In this document: piece by piece, positions 9,127-18,347 of the stretch | How positions within the stretch are numbered: the first letter of the stretch is position 1 | Layout of the letters: every line of letters begins with the position of its first letter | Assembly (NCBI GenBank): GCA_964342625.1 | Contig: CAYFGC010000003.1 | Span: 1-41,673, forward strand | Origin: an uncultured Candidatus Poseidoniales archaeon | GTDB taxonomy: Archaea; Thermoplasmatota; Poseidoniia; Poseidoniales; Thalassarchaeaceae | Direction of reading: 5' to 3' | Length of the DNA stretch: 41,673 nucleotides | Notes under the pieces: generated by a model | What the model was told of the DNA's origin: nothing | Seen by the model: the letters and a program-made list of their open reading frames with translations, nothing else | Database searches by the model: none | Translations under genes and position numbers: made by a program

Positions 9127-10684
9127 CTCTATTTGGCCTACTAGTCTCGCCAGTCCAATGGCAGAGATAGCTATTGATGGGAATTCTCTGACGCTTGAGT
9201 CAGCCTTAGCCATTGCAAGGGGCTCTGCAACTGCCTTTCTACCCGCCCCATCCAGGGAAAAGATGCAACATTCGCGTGATGCAGTGGAAAATGTAGTAGA
9301 TTCTAACGAGGTAGTTTATGGCATCAATACTGGATTCGGAGCATTGTCATCCGTGAGTATCGAGAAAGACGAACTCGAGGCTCTTCAGGCGAATCTAGTG
9401 AGAAGCCATGCATGTGGAATTGGAGAACGGATGGATCCTGAGATTGTACTACTTATGATGATTATCAGGGCTAATTCGCTCGCAAGGGGAGTATCCGGCG
9501 CAAGGCCCGAGGTTGTCGAGCTAATTCTTTCAATGGTCAATTCGCGAATCGCCCCAATAGTACCACGCATAGGATCATTGGGGGCATCAGGGGATCTTGC
9601 CCCACTGTCCCATATGACACTGGGGATGATGGGAGAGGGCGAATGCCAACGATTCGTGAGTGGCGAGTGGCAACTCACGGAAGCCTCGGTTGCATTGTCC
9701 GAAGAAGGCCTGAAGCCAATCAGATTACAGGCCAAAGAAGGCCTTTCACTGATTAATGGAACTAGTCAGATGTGCGCATACTTGACGTGCACAGTACTCA
9801 ACATGGAAACCCTTTCATTTGCAGCGGATGCATCAATAGCTTGCTCATTAGAGGCAATTAGGGGATCTCACAAACCATTCGATAAGAGAATCCATGACTC
9901 GAGGCCACAGTTCGGCCAGTCAATCTCAGCAGCACGAATCTCCGAACTTTTATCGAACTCAGAAATCATGTTGTCTCATGCAGATTGTGACCGGGTTCAG
10001 GATGCTTACTGCTTCCGATGCTCCCCACAGGTCCATGGCCCCGTAATCGAAATGCTCCGGGAGGTTCGAAGGATACTGGAGGTCGAGATCAACAGTGCCA
10101 CTGATAATCCATTGGTATTCGTAGATGAAGATGGTGGTGCAGAGATAATCAGCGGGGGTAACTTCCATGGTCAGAACCTATCATTAGCCAGTGATTCAAT
10201 TGCTATAGCTTGCCATGAATTAGCAAGCATCTCTGAACGTAGGATAAACCAGTTAATGGACCCAAATTGGAGTGGTCAGGAGGCATTCCTAGCCAAAAAT
10301 GAGGGTTTAGAGAGCGGCCTAATGATCGTACAGTATGTTGCGGCTGCAGTGATAGCCGAGCTTCATTTGCTGGCCAATCCTGCATCGACAAGCAATGTAC
10401 CTGTCAGTATGGGAAAGGAAGATCACGTTTCCATGGGCGCTACTGGAACATACAGGGCTCTGCAATCATCAATTCTGCTAGCACAGGTTCTGGCAAATGA
10501 GTTAGTTTGCTCCACAGAGGCTCTAGATGGCATTGCAGAGTCCCCAGGCGCAGGGGTGGCCAATATTGCAGACTGGGTTAGGGGACATGTTGGCAGACTT
10601 GACGGCGACAGGTCACTTACCAAGGAATGTGAGAATTTATCCATGGCTATCCTTGATGGTGGCATAACCAGTATCTTCGGGTGA
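9113..10684 (+). CDS. hutH: Histidine ammonia-lyase
   Basis: VYGINTGFG, MIO motif GASGDLAPL, KEGLSLINGT, QDAY, SGGNFHG, EDHVSMG. Start at 9113 or 9158. Confidence 0.96.
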   Translation: MTLDDSIWPTSLASPMAEIAIDGNSLTLESALAIARGSATAFLPAPSREKMQHSRDAVENVVDSNEVVYGINTGFGALSSVSIEKDELEALQANLVRSHACGIGERMDPEIVLLMMIIRANSLARGVSGARPEVVELILSMVNSRIAPIVPRIGSLGASGDLAPLSHMTLGMMGEGECQRFVSGEWQLTEASVALSEEGLKPIRLQAKEGLSLINGTSQMCAYLTCTVLNMETLSFAADASIACSLEAIRGSHKPFDKRIHDSRPQFGQSISAARISELLSNSEIMLSHADCDRVQDAYCFRCSPQVHGPVIEMLREVRRILEVEINSATDNPLVFVDEDGGAEIISGGNFHGQNLSLASDSIAIACHELASISERRINQLMDPNWSGQEAFLAKNEGLESGLMIVQYVAAAVIAELHLLANPASTSNVPVSMGKEDHVSMGATGTYRALQSSILLAQVLANELVCSTEALDGIAESPGAGVANIADWVRGHVGRLDGDRSLTKECENLSMAILDGGITSIFG

Positions 10685-10700
10685 TATTATTCAAGAAAAA

Positions 10701-11411
10701 TTGCACATGCAACAGCATCCCGGCACCGACCCTACCCCGTTTACAACAAGAGTAGTTGCAACTAAAGACGACTCACTACTATTGGAAGAAACACATTGTT
10801 ATCCAAGAGGGGGCGGACAGCCAGGAGATACTGGGCTCATAAGACTGGATGACGGGAGTTCTGCTACATTGAATGAGGTTCTACCGGGGGAAATGATTCT
10901 GCATCCAGTAGATCAAATTGAGATGTTTAGTTCAGGACAGGAAGTTTCATGCGAAATTGACGTAATTAGGAGGAATGGTCACACGATGATGCATACCGCA
11001 CAACATATTTTCTCTGCTTTGGCCGAAGACTTGTGGGGCTGCGAGACTGTAGGAAACCAAATCGGCGCTGAACAATCTAGAGTGGACTTGCTGTTCGAGG
11101 ACAAGGATTTATTCAATCCTGAAGAGCTAATTGAGTATGTGAATTCTGTACTTTCTTCCAATACCCCAGTGAACATACATGAATGGGAGAGAGAGCAGAT
11201 ATTGGGGCACGAGAAAATGAGGCACACTAAATTCATGCATAGAATCCCATCTTCTATCACACATCTGCGAGTCGTGGAAGTAGAAGGGGTTGATCTATGC
11301 CCCTGTGCGGGTACTCACGTTTCTAACACCTCACAAATCCCTCGGGTGAGGTACATCGGGAAGAAGAACAAGGGAAAGGGAAGATTGAGAGTATCCTACG
11401 ATTTTGAATAA
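10701..11411 (+). CDS. alaX: Free-standing alanyl-tRNA editing protein AlaX
   Basis: YPRGGGQPGDTG, HTAQH and CAGTHV zinc-binding motifs. Confidence 0.92.
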   Translation: MHMQQHPGTDPTPFTTRVVATKDDSLLLEETHCYPRGGGQPGDTGLIRLDDGSSATLNEVLPGEMILHPVDQIEMFSSGQEVSCEIDVIRRNGHTMMHTAQHIFSALAEDLWGCETVGNQIGAEQSRVDLLFEDKDLFNPEELIEYVNSVLSSNTPVNIHEWEREQILGHEKMRHTKFMHRIPSSITHLRVVEVEGVDLCPCAGTHVSNTSQIPRVRYIGKKNKGKGRLRVSYDFE

Positions 11412-11435
11412 TATTATTAATAGAATAGATTCTAT

Positions 11436-11511
11436 TGGTGGGCTCGGCAGGAATTGAACCTGCGATCTTCGCCATGTCAAGGCGACGTCATAACCCCTAG
11501 ACCACGAGCCC
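11436..11511 (-). tRNA. tRNA-Val(GAC), CCA encoded, no intron
   Basis: Reverse complement GGGCTCGTGGTCTAGGGGTTATGACGTCGCCTTGACATGGCGAAGATCGCAGGTTCAATTCCTGCCGAGCCCACCA folds as a cloverleaf with anticodon GAC and a GTTCAA T-loop. Confidence 0.97.
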
Positions 11512-11555
11512 GGCTCTCCTTCGAATTGCCATCCACTCAAGAATCATTCTGAAAG

Positions 11556-11711
11556 CTATGAAACAATCTTGGAGATACGCCCGCCGCATCCCTGGCTGGA
11601 ACATTCCCCAGCAACTCGAGTTCTTCCATTACTCATCACGATCAACTCCGGGCCATTTATTGTGACGTAAGTTTTGCATTTCATACAGAACCCGCTGTAT
11701 TCCGAACCCAT
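11556..11711 (-). CDS. 51-aa zinc-ribbon protein, DUF5679-like (not in the ORF track)
   Basis: Manual translation MGSEYSGFCMKCKTYVTINGPELIVMSNGRTRVAGECSSQGCGGRISKIVS*; pattern F-C-x2-C-K ... M-x-N-G-R ... G-x-C-x4-C-G. Confidence 0.8.
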   Translation of the reverse strand: MGSEYSGFCMKCKTYVTINGPELIVMSNGRTRVAGECSSQGCGGRISKIVS

Positions 11712-11978
11712 AGTGACTCGAGTACACTCAAGACTTCAACATTTCACATTTAGTAGGGGGTTTTCAGCAAATTATCCACTTTTCTGAATAAACGCAGTAC
11801 TGCGAGTATGTTTGATAACTATCATTAAATTCAATTTCTGATAACGTAGGTTATCGGCAACAAAACAAGCGGATTTATCGCACATTTTCCTATTGACATC
11901 ATGATCCAGTCTCACAAACAATAAATTATTGAATATCATTATTCATCGAATATGTAATACTATTTTCCTCTAATAGAA

Positions 11979-13274
11979 TCAATACACTTTATTGGAATTT
12001 ACAATTTCACCATTTTTGAGAGTATGCCTAACAGGAGATGCCCCCGGTGTCTGGCACCAGGAGTCAGCAGATGATGACCATAGAATGTTCAAATCTGCAA
12101 TACTACCTTCAGCAATTACCCCTCTAACATCACAAGTATCTTGGAACATAGTCGTTGCTGGATTCCTGGTGACCGCGGCTAATGCAGCAATTGGTTCAAT
12201 TCCCATTCTGTGAGTAGCCAAGCTTCCTATCATTGGTAGTGATGTGATTGGGCAATTTGGATTAAAATCGGTTGCTAATGAAAATGGCCAATCCTCATCA
12301 ATGCATTTCTTTATCGGCAGATCGAGGGTCTTTCCCAGCACATATGGCGTTCCGGGCAGAAATGTTTGAACTGTGCCGGCTTCAGCAGCACTAATCCTTG
12401 AGTCTTCATTTGAGCATGCTACATGGTCAGCACTAACTGAACCAAGCTCGGAGGCTAATTGCAAACCTCCACTATCGACAAACTCGTCCACATGAAGTCT
12501 AGAATCCAGGCCATAAGACTTTGATGCCGAAACTATTTCTTCTGTCTGTTCATTTGTGAACCAACCTTCTTCACAGAATACATCTACCCACTTCGCCAAT
12601 GACAATTCTGAAATTATCGGCAATTGTTCGGAGATAAGATGCTCCACATACTCATCTCTAGTCATTTCCTTGGGGAAATCATGTGCACCTAGCCAAGTGG
12701 CATGAATGTCGCACGGAGATGTCCTATCAATTACAGAAATTGCCTCGAGAATTTTAACTTCAGAGTCTAAATCTAATCCATAACCGCTCTTTGCCTCAAT
12801 TGAAGTAGTTCCGTTTTTTAACGCAGAGCTCAATCTCCTGAGCCCACTATCGACTAGTTGTTTTTGCGGAGCGCTTCGAGTACTATTCACAGTCTTCATT
12901 ATCCCTCCTCCAATTTGTGCGATTTCCTTGTATGTCTTCCCTGAAATTCTCATTGCTAGCTCATTTGATCTATCCCCGGACCAAACTAGATGCGTATGGC
13001 TGTCTACGAAACCAGGTACGACTGACTTTCCTTCGATATCAACTACCCTAGTTTCTCCATTTTTGTTGTCGGCTGGGTACCAAGGAGCAAACTCTGCAAC
13101 CAACTCTTGCATTGGAGCGATTTTCTGAATCTTGCCAGAATCAATTAGAATGCCCATCCCTGGTGGAAAAATAAGAGACCCCCGATCCAACATTCTATAT
13201 CCAGATAGTGGGAATTCGTCATCCCCAGTTGAAAGATGAGCAATTTCTCCGCAGTTGTACAACAGGGTCCTCAT
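11979..13274 (-). CDS. hutI: Imidazolonepropionase
   Basis: PGFVDSHTHLV, GGGI, EAKSGYGL, DVFCE, HVDE, ATDFNP. Confidence 0.95.
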   Translation of the reverse strand: MRTLLYNCGEIAHLSTGDDEFPLSGYRMLDRGSLIFPPGMGILIDSGKIQKIAPMQELVAEFAPWYPADNKNGETRVVDIEGKSVVPGFVDSHTHLVWSGDRSNELAMRISGKTYKEIAQIGGGIMKTVNSTRSAPQKQLVDSGLRRLSSALKNGTTSIEAKSGYGLDLDSEVKILEAISVIDRTSPCDIHATWLGAHDFPKEMTRDEYVEHLISEQLPIISELSLAKWVDVFCEEGWFTNEQTEEIVSASKSYGLDSRLHVDEFVDSGGLQLASELGSVSADHVACSNEDSRISAAEAGTVQTFLPGTPYVLGKTLDLPIKKCIDEDWPFSLATDFNPNCPITSLPMIGSLATHRMGIEPIAALAAVTRNPATTMFQDTCDVRGVIAEGSIADLNILWSSSADSWCQTPGASPVRHTLKNGEIVNSNKVY

Positions 13275-13324
13275 GATGTCTGCAGATTCCGATAGTTGAA
13301 AGAACTCGCGCTCATGCGAGCCCC

Positions 13325-14332
13325 ATGGGTGGCATAATTCTAGGGATTGAAAGTACAGCTCACACTTTCTCTTTCGGCAGTGTCAGTACTGAAGGTGAAC
13401 TATTCCCGTCATTTTCATCCCTATTCCGACCTGAAGAGGGCGGAATCCATCCTCGTGAGGCCGCTGACCATCACTCTGAGGCAACATCGAAACTACTGAA
13501 AAACATCTCAAGCAATGAGGATTTTTCTTGGGACTCAGTGGTAGCAGTAGCATTTAGCCAAGGACCGGGATTAGGTCCATGCCTTCGTGTGGGTGCTTCA
13601 GTGGCTAGAACTCTTTCAACCCGGCTTTCTGTACCACTTCTCGGAGTAAATCATTGTGTCGCTCACATAGAAGTTGGCAGGAATCAGACCGGTTGCATTG
13701 ATCCCGTTCTACTCTATGTTAGCGGAGGAAATACTCAGGTAATAGCGAGAGCAGATGGGAGATACCGTGTTCTAGGTGAGACATTGGATATCGGCATAGG
13801 AAACATGTTGGATAAGTTTGCTAGGACTCAGGGACTGCCTTTCCCCGGCGGCCCGAAGATCGAACAACTCGCTTTGGATTGCTCGAAAATGGGGCCTCAT
13901 TCACTCGATGAGGCAACACTTCCCTATGGGGTTCATGGGATGGATCTGGCATTCTCTGGAATGCTTACTTCTGCTATTCAGAAGATTTCTGAGGGCCTAT
14001 CCATGGAACAAGTATGTTGGTCACTTCAGGAACACTCGTTTGCAACGTGCGTTGAAGTAGCAGAGAGGGCGTTGGCGCATACAGGCAAGACCGAACTCTT
14101 ACTCGGTGGTGGTGTTGCTTGCAACGAGAGACTCAGAGAAATGAGCCAAATAATGTGCCAAGAGAGAGGTGCTCATTGCTTCTGGCCAGAGAAGCCATAC
14201 TGCATTGACAATGGTACAATGATTGCAGAACTTGGTCGTAGAATGCTTGAATGCGGTATTGAAACACAGATTATCGATAGCGCCATCGACCCATCACTCA
14301 GAACAGATAACACCATGGTGGTATGGCAATAA
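13325..14332 (+). CDS. kae1: tRNA N6-threonylcarbamoyltransferase Kae1 (not fused to Bud32)
   Basis: LGIESTAHT, GGIHPREAADHH, SQGPGLGPCL, VNHCVAHIE, VSGGNTQ, DNGTMIA. Confidence 0.96.
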   Translation: MGGIILGIESTAHTFSFGSVSTEGELFPSFSSLFRPEEGGIHPREAADHHSEATSKLLKNISSNEDFSWDSVVAVAFSQGPGLGPCLRVGASVARTLSTRLSVPLLGVNHCVAHIEVGRNQTGCIDPVLLYVSGGNTQVIARADGRYRVLGETLDIGIGNMLDKFARTQGLPFPGGPKIEQLALDCSKMGPHSLDEATLPYGVHGMDLAFSGMLTSAIQKISEGLSMEQVCWSLQEHSFATCVEVAERALAHTGKTELLLGGGVACNERLREMSQIMCQERGAHCFWPEKPYCIDNGTMIAELGRRMLECGIETQIIDSAIDPSLRTDNTMVVWQ

Positions 14333-14389
14333 AAATAACGAACTCTTATGAGAGTCCGTCCAACCGGTTGTTTGAGGATTGATTAGAAA

Positions 14390-15217
14390 GTGCAGAGGAG
14401 ACGTAGGAAGAAGGCTGCCCCAAAGAACATTTTCGGGTCTGTTCCCCAAACTCCTCAGAAGTCTACCACAACCCATCCATCCAAAACAAAGACTCCAAGA
14501 GGGAGGTCCCAGATTGCCCCCCCTCCATCTGTACCAGGAGCAAAGAAAAAATCTGTGACACCAATCCCTCCAGTAAAGTCACCCATAGATGACAACTCAG
14601 AAGCCGAGGTTAAATCTCCGGCAGCGGAGGAGCCAATCGTCGAAGATTCCCAATCTGTAGAAACTCAGAAAGCTAAATTGGAAGAGAAAGAGGATGATGC
14701 CATCCTTCAGGAGCAGATTCTTGGAGATAGTAAGGGTAAAGACACCAATCTGGAAAAGAAACCAGTTCAATCATCGGAAGAAATCTCTGAGGAAGACCAG
14801 GGTAAGAGTCTGAAGGCAAGACAGATTATCCAGAATAGTTTGATCAAAGCTTCAATTGCTGTGGAAGAGGCAAAAACACAGAAGAAAACTCATGAAAAGA
14901 CCGCAGAACCCCCAAAGAAACCACAGAGGAAGTTCAGAAACAAAACCTCATCTTATCAACCGGCAAATAGGGCTCGTAGACTCGATAGAAGTAGACACAT
15001 GGAGTACAAGTACGAGATGCGAGGGCTCCTATCAGAGATTGGAATTGCAGAAGAGCACCGTTCAAATCTACTTGCCACCATTTGGGCCAGAGGGGAGAGG
15101 CAAACCACCAATGAGGCCAAGGAATTCTTGTTCGAGAAACTAGACGAGGGGATAATAGACGATAGTCAAATCGAGGCACTCGAAAAGATAGTCGATGGAT
15201 ATACCGTTAGAAGATGA
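14390..15217 (+). CDS. Hypothetical protein: disordered basic/acidic N-terminus plus helical C-terminal domain
   Basis: 275-aa ORF filling the kae1-mutase gap; low complexity for about 190 aa, then an ordered-looking ~85-aa domain. Confidence 0.75.
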   Translation: MQRRRRKKAAPKNIFGSVPQTPQKSTTTHPSKTKTPRGRSQIAPPPSVPGAKKKSVTPIPPVKSPIDDNSEAEVKSPAAEEPIVEDSQSVETQKAKLEEKEDDAILQEQILGDSKGKDTNLEKKPVQSSEEISEEDQGKSLKARQIIQNSLIKASIAVEEAKTQKKTHEKTAEPPKKPQRKFRNKTSSYQPANRARRLDRSRHMEYKYEMRGLLSEIGIAEEHRSNLLATIWARGERQTTNEAKEFLFEKLDEGIIDDSQIEALEKIVDGYTVRR

Positions 15218-15226
15218 AGTCTGAGA

Positions 15227-16792
15227 ATGGTTCTTGGGTTGAAACCTTCTGGGTATAACGTGGTGGAAAAGATAGACAACGGCGATGACTCATCTACAAA
15301 TTCTCCAGGGGTGCCACCATATCGCCGAGGCATTCATCCCGGAATGTATAGGGATAGACTTTGGACAATGAGGCAGTATGCCGGTTTCTCGTCTCCTAGC
15401 AACACAAACAAGCGTTTCAAAAAGCTACTAGATAGCGGTCAGACAGGCCTCTCGATAGCTTTCGATCTCCCTACTCAGCTTGGACTTGATTCAGATGATG
15501 AACTCTCTTCTGGAGAAGTTGGTAAGGTCGGAGTTTCAATAGACTCAATACACGATATGAGGGAGTTGTTTTCGGGCATAGATATGGGTTCAATCTCAAC
15601 TTCAATGACCATAAACGCACCAGCAACAACACTCCTTGCACTATATGTCGCAGTGGCCGAAGAAAAAGGAATATCCATAGATCAACTATCCGGAACTGTT
15701 CAGAATGATATACTGAAGGAATACATTTCCAGGGGACTATACATCTTCCCCCCAGATCCCTCAATACGATTGACTACGGATCTTATGTCTTGGTGCAATA
15801 GCAATGCTCCAAGGTGGAATACAATCTCAATTAGTGGCTATCATATGAGGGAAGCCGGATGTACAGCATCGCAGGAAATTGCACTCACACTTGCAAATGC
15901 AATTTTCTATTCCAGAATGGCAATAGGCGCTGGTATGAAAATAGATGATTTTGCACCACGGATGTCTTTCTTCTTTGCATGCCATAATAATTTCATCGAG
16001 GAGATTAGTAAATTCAGGGCTGCAAGACAATTATGGTACGAATTAGTCGAAGAAGAGTTCTCTCCCAGTAATCCCAAATCTTCACAATTGAGATTCCATA
16101 CACAAACGTCAGGAGTTACACTAACAGCCCAACAACCGATAAACAATGCAATTAGAGTGGCATATCAGGCGCTTTCCGCTGTTTTTGGAGGCACTCAGTC
16201 ACTTCACACGAATAGCTACGATGAGGCCTTGGGCCTACCAACTGAAGATTCAGCAAAACTCGCCTTACGCACCCAGCAGATTATCGCGGAGGAACTGGGA
16301 ATCACCGACTTCGTAGACCCACTCGGGGGCTCTTCGACTATTGAGGAAAATACCGACGCCTTGATTCAAAAAGCACGATCAATCATTCACGAGATATCGA
16401 ATTTAGGTGGGGCAATGGAGTGTGTCAAGGCCGGTTTCCAACAGAGAATGATTCATGAAAGTGCATGGGAGCAACTTCGCAGGGTCGAGAACAAGAGCGA
16501 ACTTGTTGTAGGCGTCAACTCACATGTCGACGAAACGGAACCATTTTTTGAGGGCCTCATACTCGACTCGGACGAGGCGAACTTGAAGATTTCACGATTA
16601 ACCGAGATGAAGGAAAATAGGAATGTCGATTCTGTAGAAGCATCCCTATCTGAGTTGAGACGTTGCTGCAGAGACGGGTCCAACATTATGCCCCCTATTA
16701 TTTCCGCCGTCAAAGCTGAGGTAACTGTTGGAGAGGTCAACAGTGTTTTGAGGGAGGAGTTCGGAACATGGGTCGCCCCAAGTGGTGTTTGA
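15227..16792 (+). CDS. Methylmalonyl-CoA mutase, substrate-binding subunit (no cobalamin-binding domain)
   Basis: WTMRQYAGF, GLSIAFDLPTQLG, QNDILKEY, SISGYHMREAG, SLHTNSYDEAL; adjacent to the epimerase. Confidence 0.94.
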   Translation: MVLGLKPSGYNVVEKIDNGDDSSTNSPGVPPYRRGIHPGMYRDRLWTMRQYAGFSSPSNTNKRFKKLLDSGQTGLSIAFDLPTQLGLDSDDELSSGEVGKVGVSIDSIHDMRELFSGIDMGSISTSMTINAPATTLLALYVAVAEEKGISIDQLSGTVQNDILKEYISRGLYIFPPDPSIRLTTDLMSWCNSNAPRWNTISISGYHMREAGCTASQEIALTLANAIFYSRMAIGAGMKIDDFAPRMSFFFACHNNFIEEISKFRAARQLWYELVEEEFSPSNPKSSQLRFHTQTSGVTLTAQQPINNAIRVAYQALSAVFGGTQSLHTNSYDEALGLPTEDSAKLALRTQQIIAEELGITDFVDPLGGSSTIEENTDALIQKARSIIHEISNLGGAMECVKAGFQQRMIHESAWEQLRRVENKSELVVGVNSHVDETEPFFEGLILDSDEANLKISRLTEMKENRNVDSVEASLSELRRCCRDGSNIMPPIISAVKAEVTVGEVNSVLREEFGTWVAPSGV

Positions 16793-17200
16793 ATGGCGGA
16801 TGGAACTGTTAATCACATTGGAATAGCCACACCATCGCTGGATGAATCAGTGGAACTGTGGTCGAAATTGGGCTTCACTCATTCAGAAGACAAGATTAGC
16901 GAAGAACAGGGCGTCAAAATAAGGTACTTGAAAGGATCAGGCAATACTCGGATAGAACTTTTGGAACCCCTATCCGAGGAAACTCCAGTAGGCCGCTTCA
17001 TTAACCGCAGAGGGCCGGGCGTTCAGCAGATTGCAATAGATGTAGACGATATAGAGTCCATGATTTCCGATTTGATTGGCATTGGAGTCAGAATGGTGTC
17101 AGAAGTACCTGTGATTGGCTCAGATGGACTCAGAATCGCCTTTGTCCACCCATCTTCTACTGGTGGAATTTTAATCGAACTGGTAGAATCGCCCAAGTGA
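16793..17200 (+). CDS. mce: Methylmalonyl-CoA epimerase (VOC family)
   Basis: NHIGIAT, IELLEP, AFVHPSSTGGILIELVE. Confidence 0.9.
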   Translation: MADGTVNHIGIATPSLDESVELWSKLGFTHSEDKISEEQGVKIRYLKGSGNTRIELLEPLSEETPVGRFINRRGPGVQQIAIDVDDIESMISDLIGIGVRMVSEVPVIGSDGLRIAFVHPSSTGGILIELVESPK

Positions 17201-17234
17201 GAATCATCAAAAAGCATATCCATCTCGCATCATC

Positions 17235-17537
17235 ATGATTACTTCATTGGAGAGATTAGACAGTCTAGACGCATCATCTACTTCGGCAATTGAGTCAGAA
17301 CGAGACTTCATCAGAGACACTCTCGAGGTTCTACGAGGAACTGGAGAGATTTCCAATGATGCGTTCCTAGATGCAGGAACCATTCAAGGGGGACTATCGC
17401 TTCTGCTGAACCTCATCTCACAAGGCATCTCAGAAGAAGAGGCAAATGCACAACTAAACAGTCTGAAGGAAAGGGCAAATGCACTCGAAAACAAATTCCC
17501 AGGACTAGATGAGAAGGTCGAGAAAATACGAAAGTAA
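17235..17537 (+). CDS. Hypothetical helical protein (100 aa)
   Basis: ATG-started ORF filling the gap, amphipathic helical pattern; no motif recognised. Confidence 0.7.
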   Translation: MITSLERLDSLDASSTSAIESERDFIRDTLEVLRGTGEISNDAFLDAGTIQGGLSLLLNLISQGISEEEANAQLNSLKERANALENKFPGLDEKVEKIRK

Positions 17538-17567
17538 TATTCCAGTATTACTCCAGTAATATTATAT
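17533..17567 (+). promoter_or_regulatory. Candidate operator (three AGTAATA half-sites) overlapping a TATA-like element
   Basis: AGTAATA 17533-39, TATTACT 17546-52, AGTAATA 17555-61; ATTATAT 17561-67 lies 23-29 nt before ATG 17590. Confidence 0.6.
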
Positions 17568-17589
17568 CCATACGCAAATACGCGTAAAC

Positions 17590-17751
17590 ATGCCGAAGAT
17601 CAGTCTAGACATGCCAAATGAAATTGTTTCGGATCTCAAGAATCATGTGGGCGACTCAAAGAAATTCGTCAGTTTAGCCGACGCAATCAGAACTGCATGC
17701 AGGAAAATGCTGGATCAATTAGACGAAATCGACTCAAGGCACGGTAGGTGA
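17590..17751 (+). CDS. 53-aa ribbon-helix-helix (CopG/Arc/MetJ-type) regulator (not in the ORF track)
   Basis: Manual translation MPKISLDMPNEIVSDLKNHVGDSKKFVSLADAIRTACRKMLDQLDEIDSRHGR*: alternating strand KISLDM, helix, then 'S-x-x-D-A-I-R-x-A' second helix; ends 4 nt before folE. Confidence 0.85.
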   Translation: MPKISLDMPNEIVSDLKNHVGDSKKFVSLADAIRTACRKMLDQLDEIDSRHGR

Positions 17752-17755
17752 ATGA

Positions 17756-18343
17756 ATGAATACTCCAAAGAGAGAAGATGCTATTGATGCCGTAGATGTA
17801 CTAGTTCGTTACATAGAACAGTGCGGAAAGGATATGCGCGAGGGCCTAGAAAAAACCCCAGAGCGAGTTATCAAGTCATACGAAGAGATATTCCGTGGAT
17901 ATTCCCTGGATGCCAGAGAAATTCTCGACTCAACTTTCAATGCTGAAGGCTATGATGGCATAGTTCTACTTAGGGACATGGAATTCCATAGTACATGCGA
18001 GCATCATCTTCAACCATTCTCAGGAAGGGGGCATATCGCATATATCCCCGTTGAGAGGATAGTCGGCATTAGCAAGCTCGCTAGATTATTAGACATGCAC
18101 TCCACTAGGCTCCAGAATCAGGAGAGAATTACACAATCCGTGGCCAACGATATCGTCGAACACCTAAGTCCACTAGGCTGTGCAGTCATCCTCGAGGCGC
18201 AGCACGGTTGCATGAAGTGCCGAGGTGTCAAGAAGCAGAATTCAGTAATGACAACTAGCGCTATGAGAGGGGTATTTTTTGACAAGGCAGAGGCTAGATC
18301 CGAGGTTCTGCAATTAATTAGGACCCCATCGGTTCAGGGGTGA
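17756..18343 (+). CDS. folE: GTP cyclohydrolase IA
   Basis: REGLEKTPERV, STCEHHLQPF, GISKLAR, LQNQER, HGCMKCRGV. Confidence 0.96.
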   Translation: MNTPKREDAIDAVDVLVRYIEQCGKDMREGLEKTPERVIKSYEEIFRGYSLDAREILDSTFNAEGYDGIVLLRDMEFHSTCEHHLQPFSGRGHIAYIPVERIVGISKLARLLDMHSTRLQNQERITQSVANDIVEHLSPLGCAVILEAQHGCMKCRGVKKQNSVMTTSAMRGVFFDKAEARSEVLQLIRTPSVQG

Positions 18344-18347
18344 TTCT

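Noticed and set aside
11407-11436. Palindrome AATAATATTATT and inverted repeat AATAGAAT-AG-ATTCTATT between alaX and the tRNA
   Set aside because: Almost purely A/T and too weak to call; at most part of a convergent termination zone.
11772-11780. TTATCCACT, an 8/9 match to a DnaA box
   Set aside because: Single imperfect copy in an archaeal genome; not enough to call an origin.
11760-11905. Short minus-strand ORFs (about 23 and 37 aa) in the AT-rich intergenic region
   Set aside because: No recognisable motif, and base composition is unlike the coding regions.
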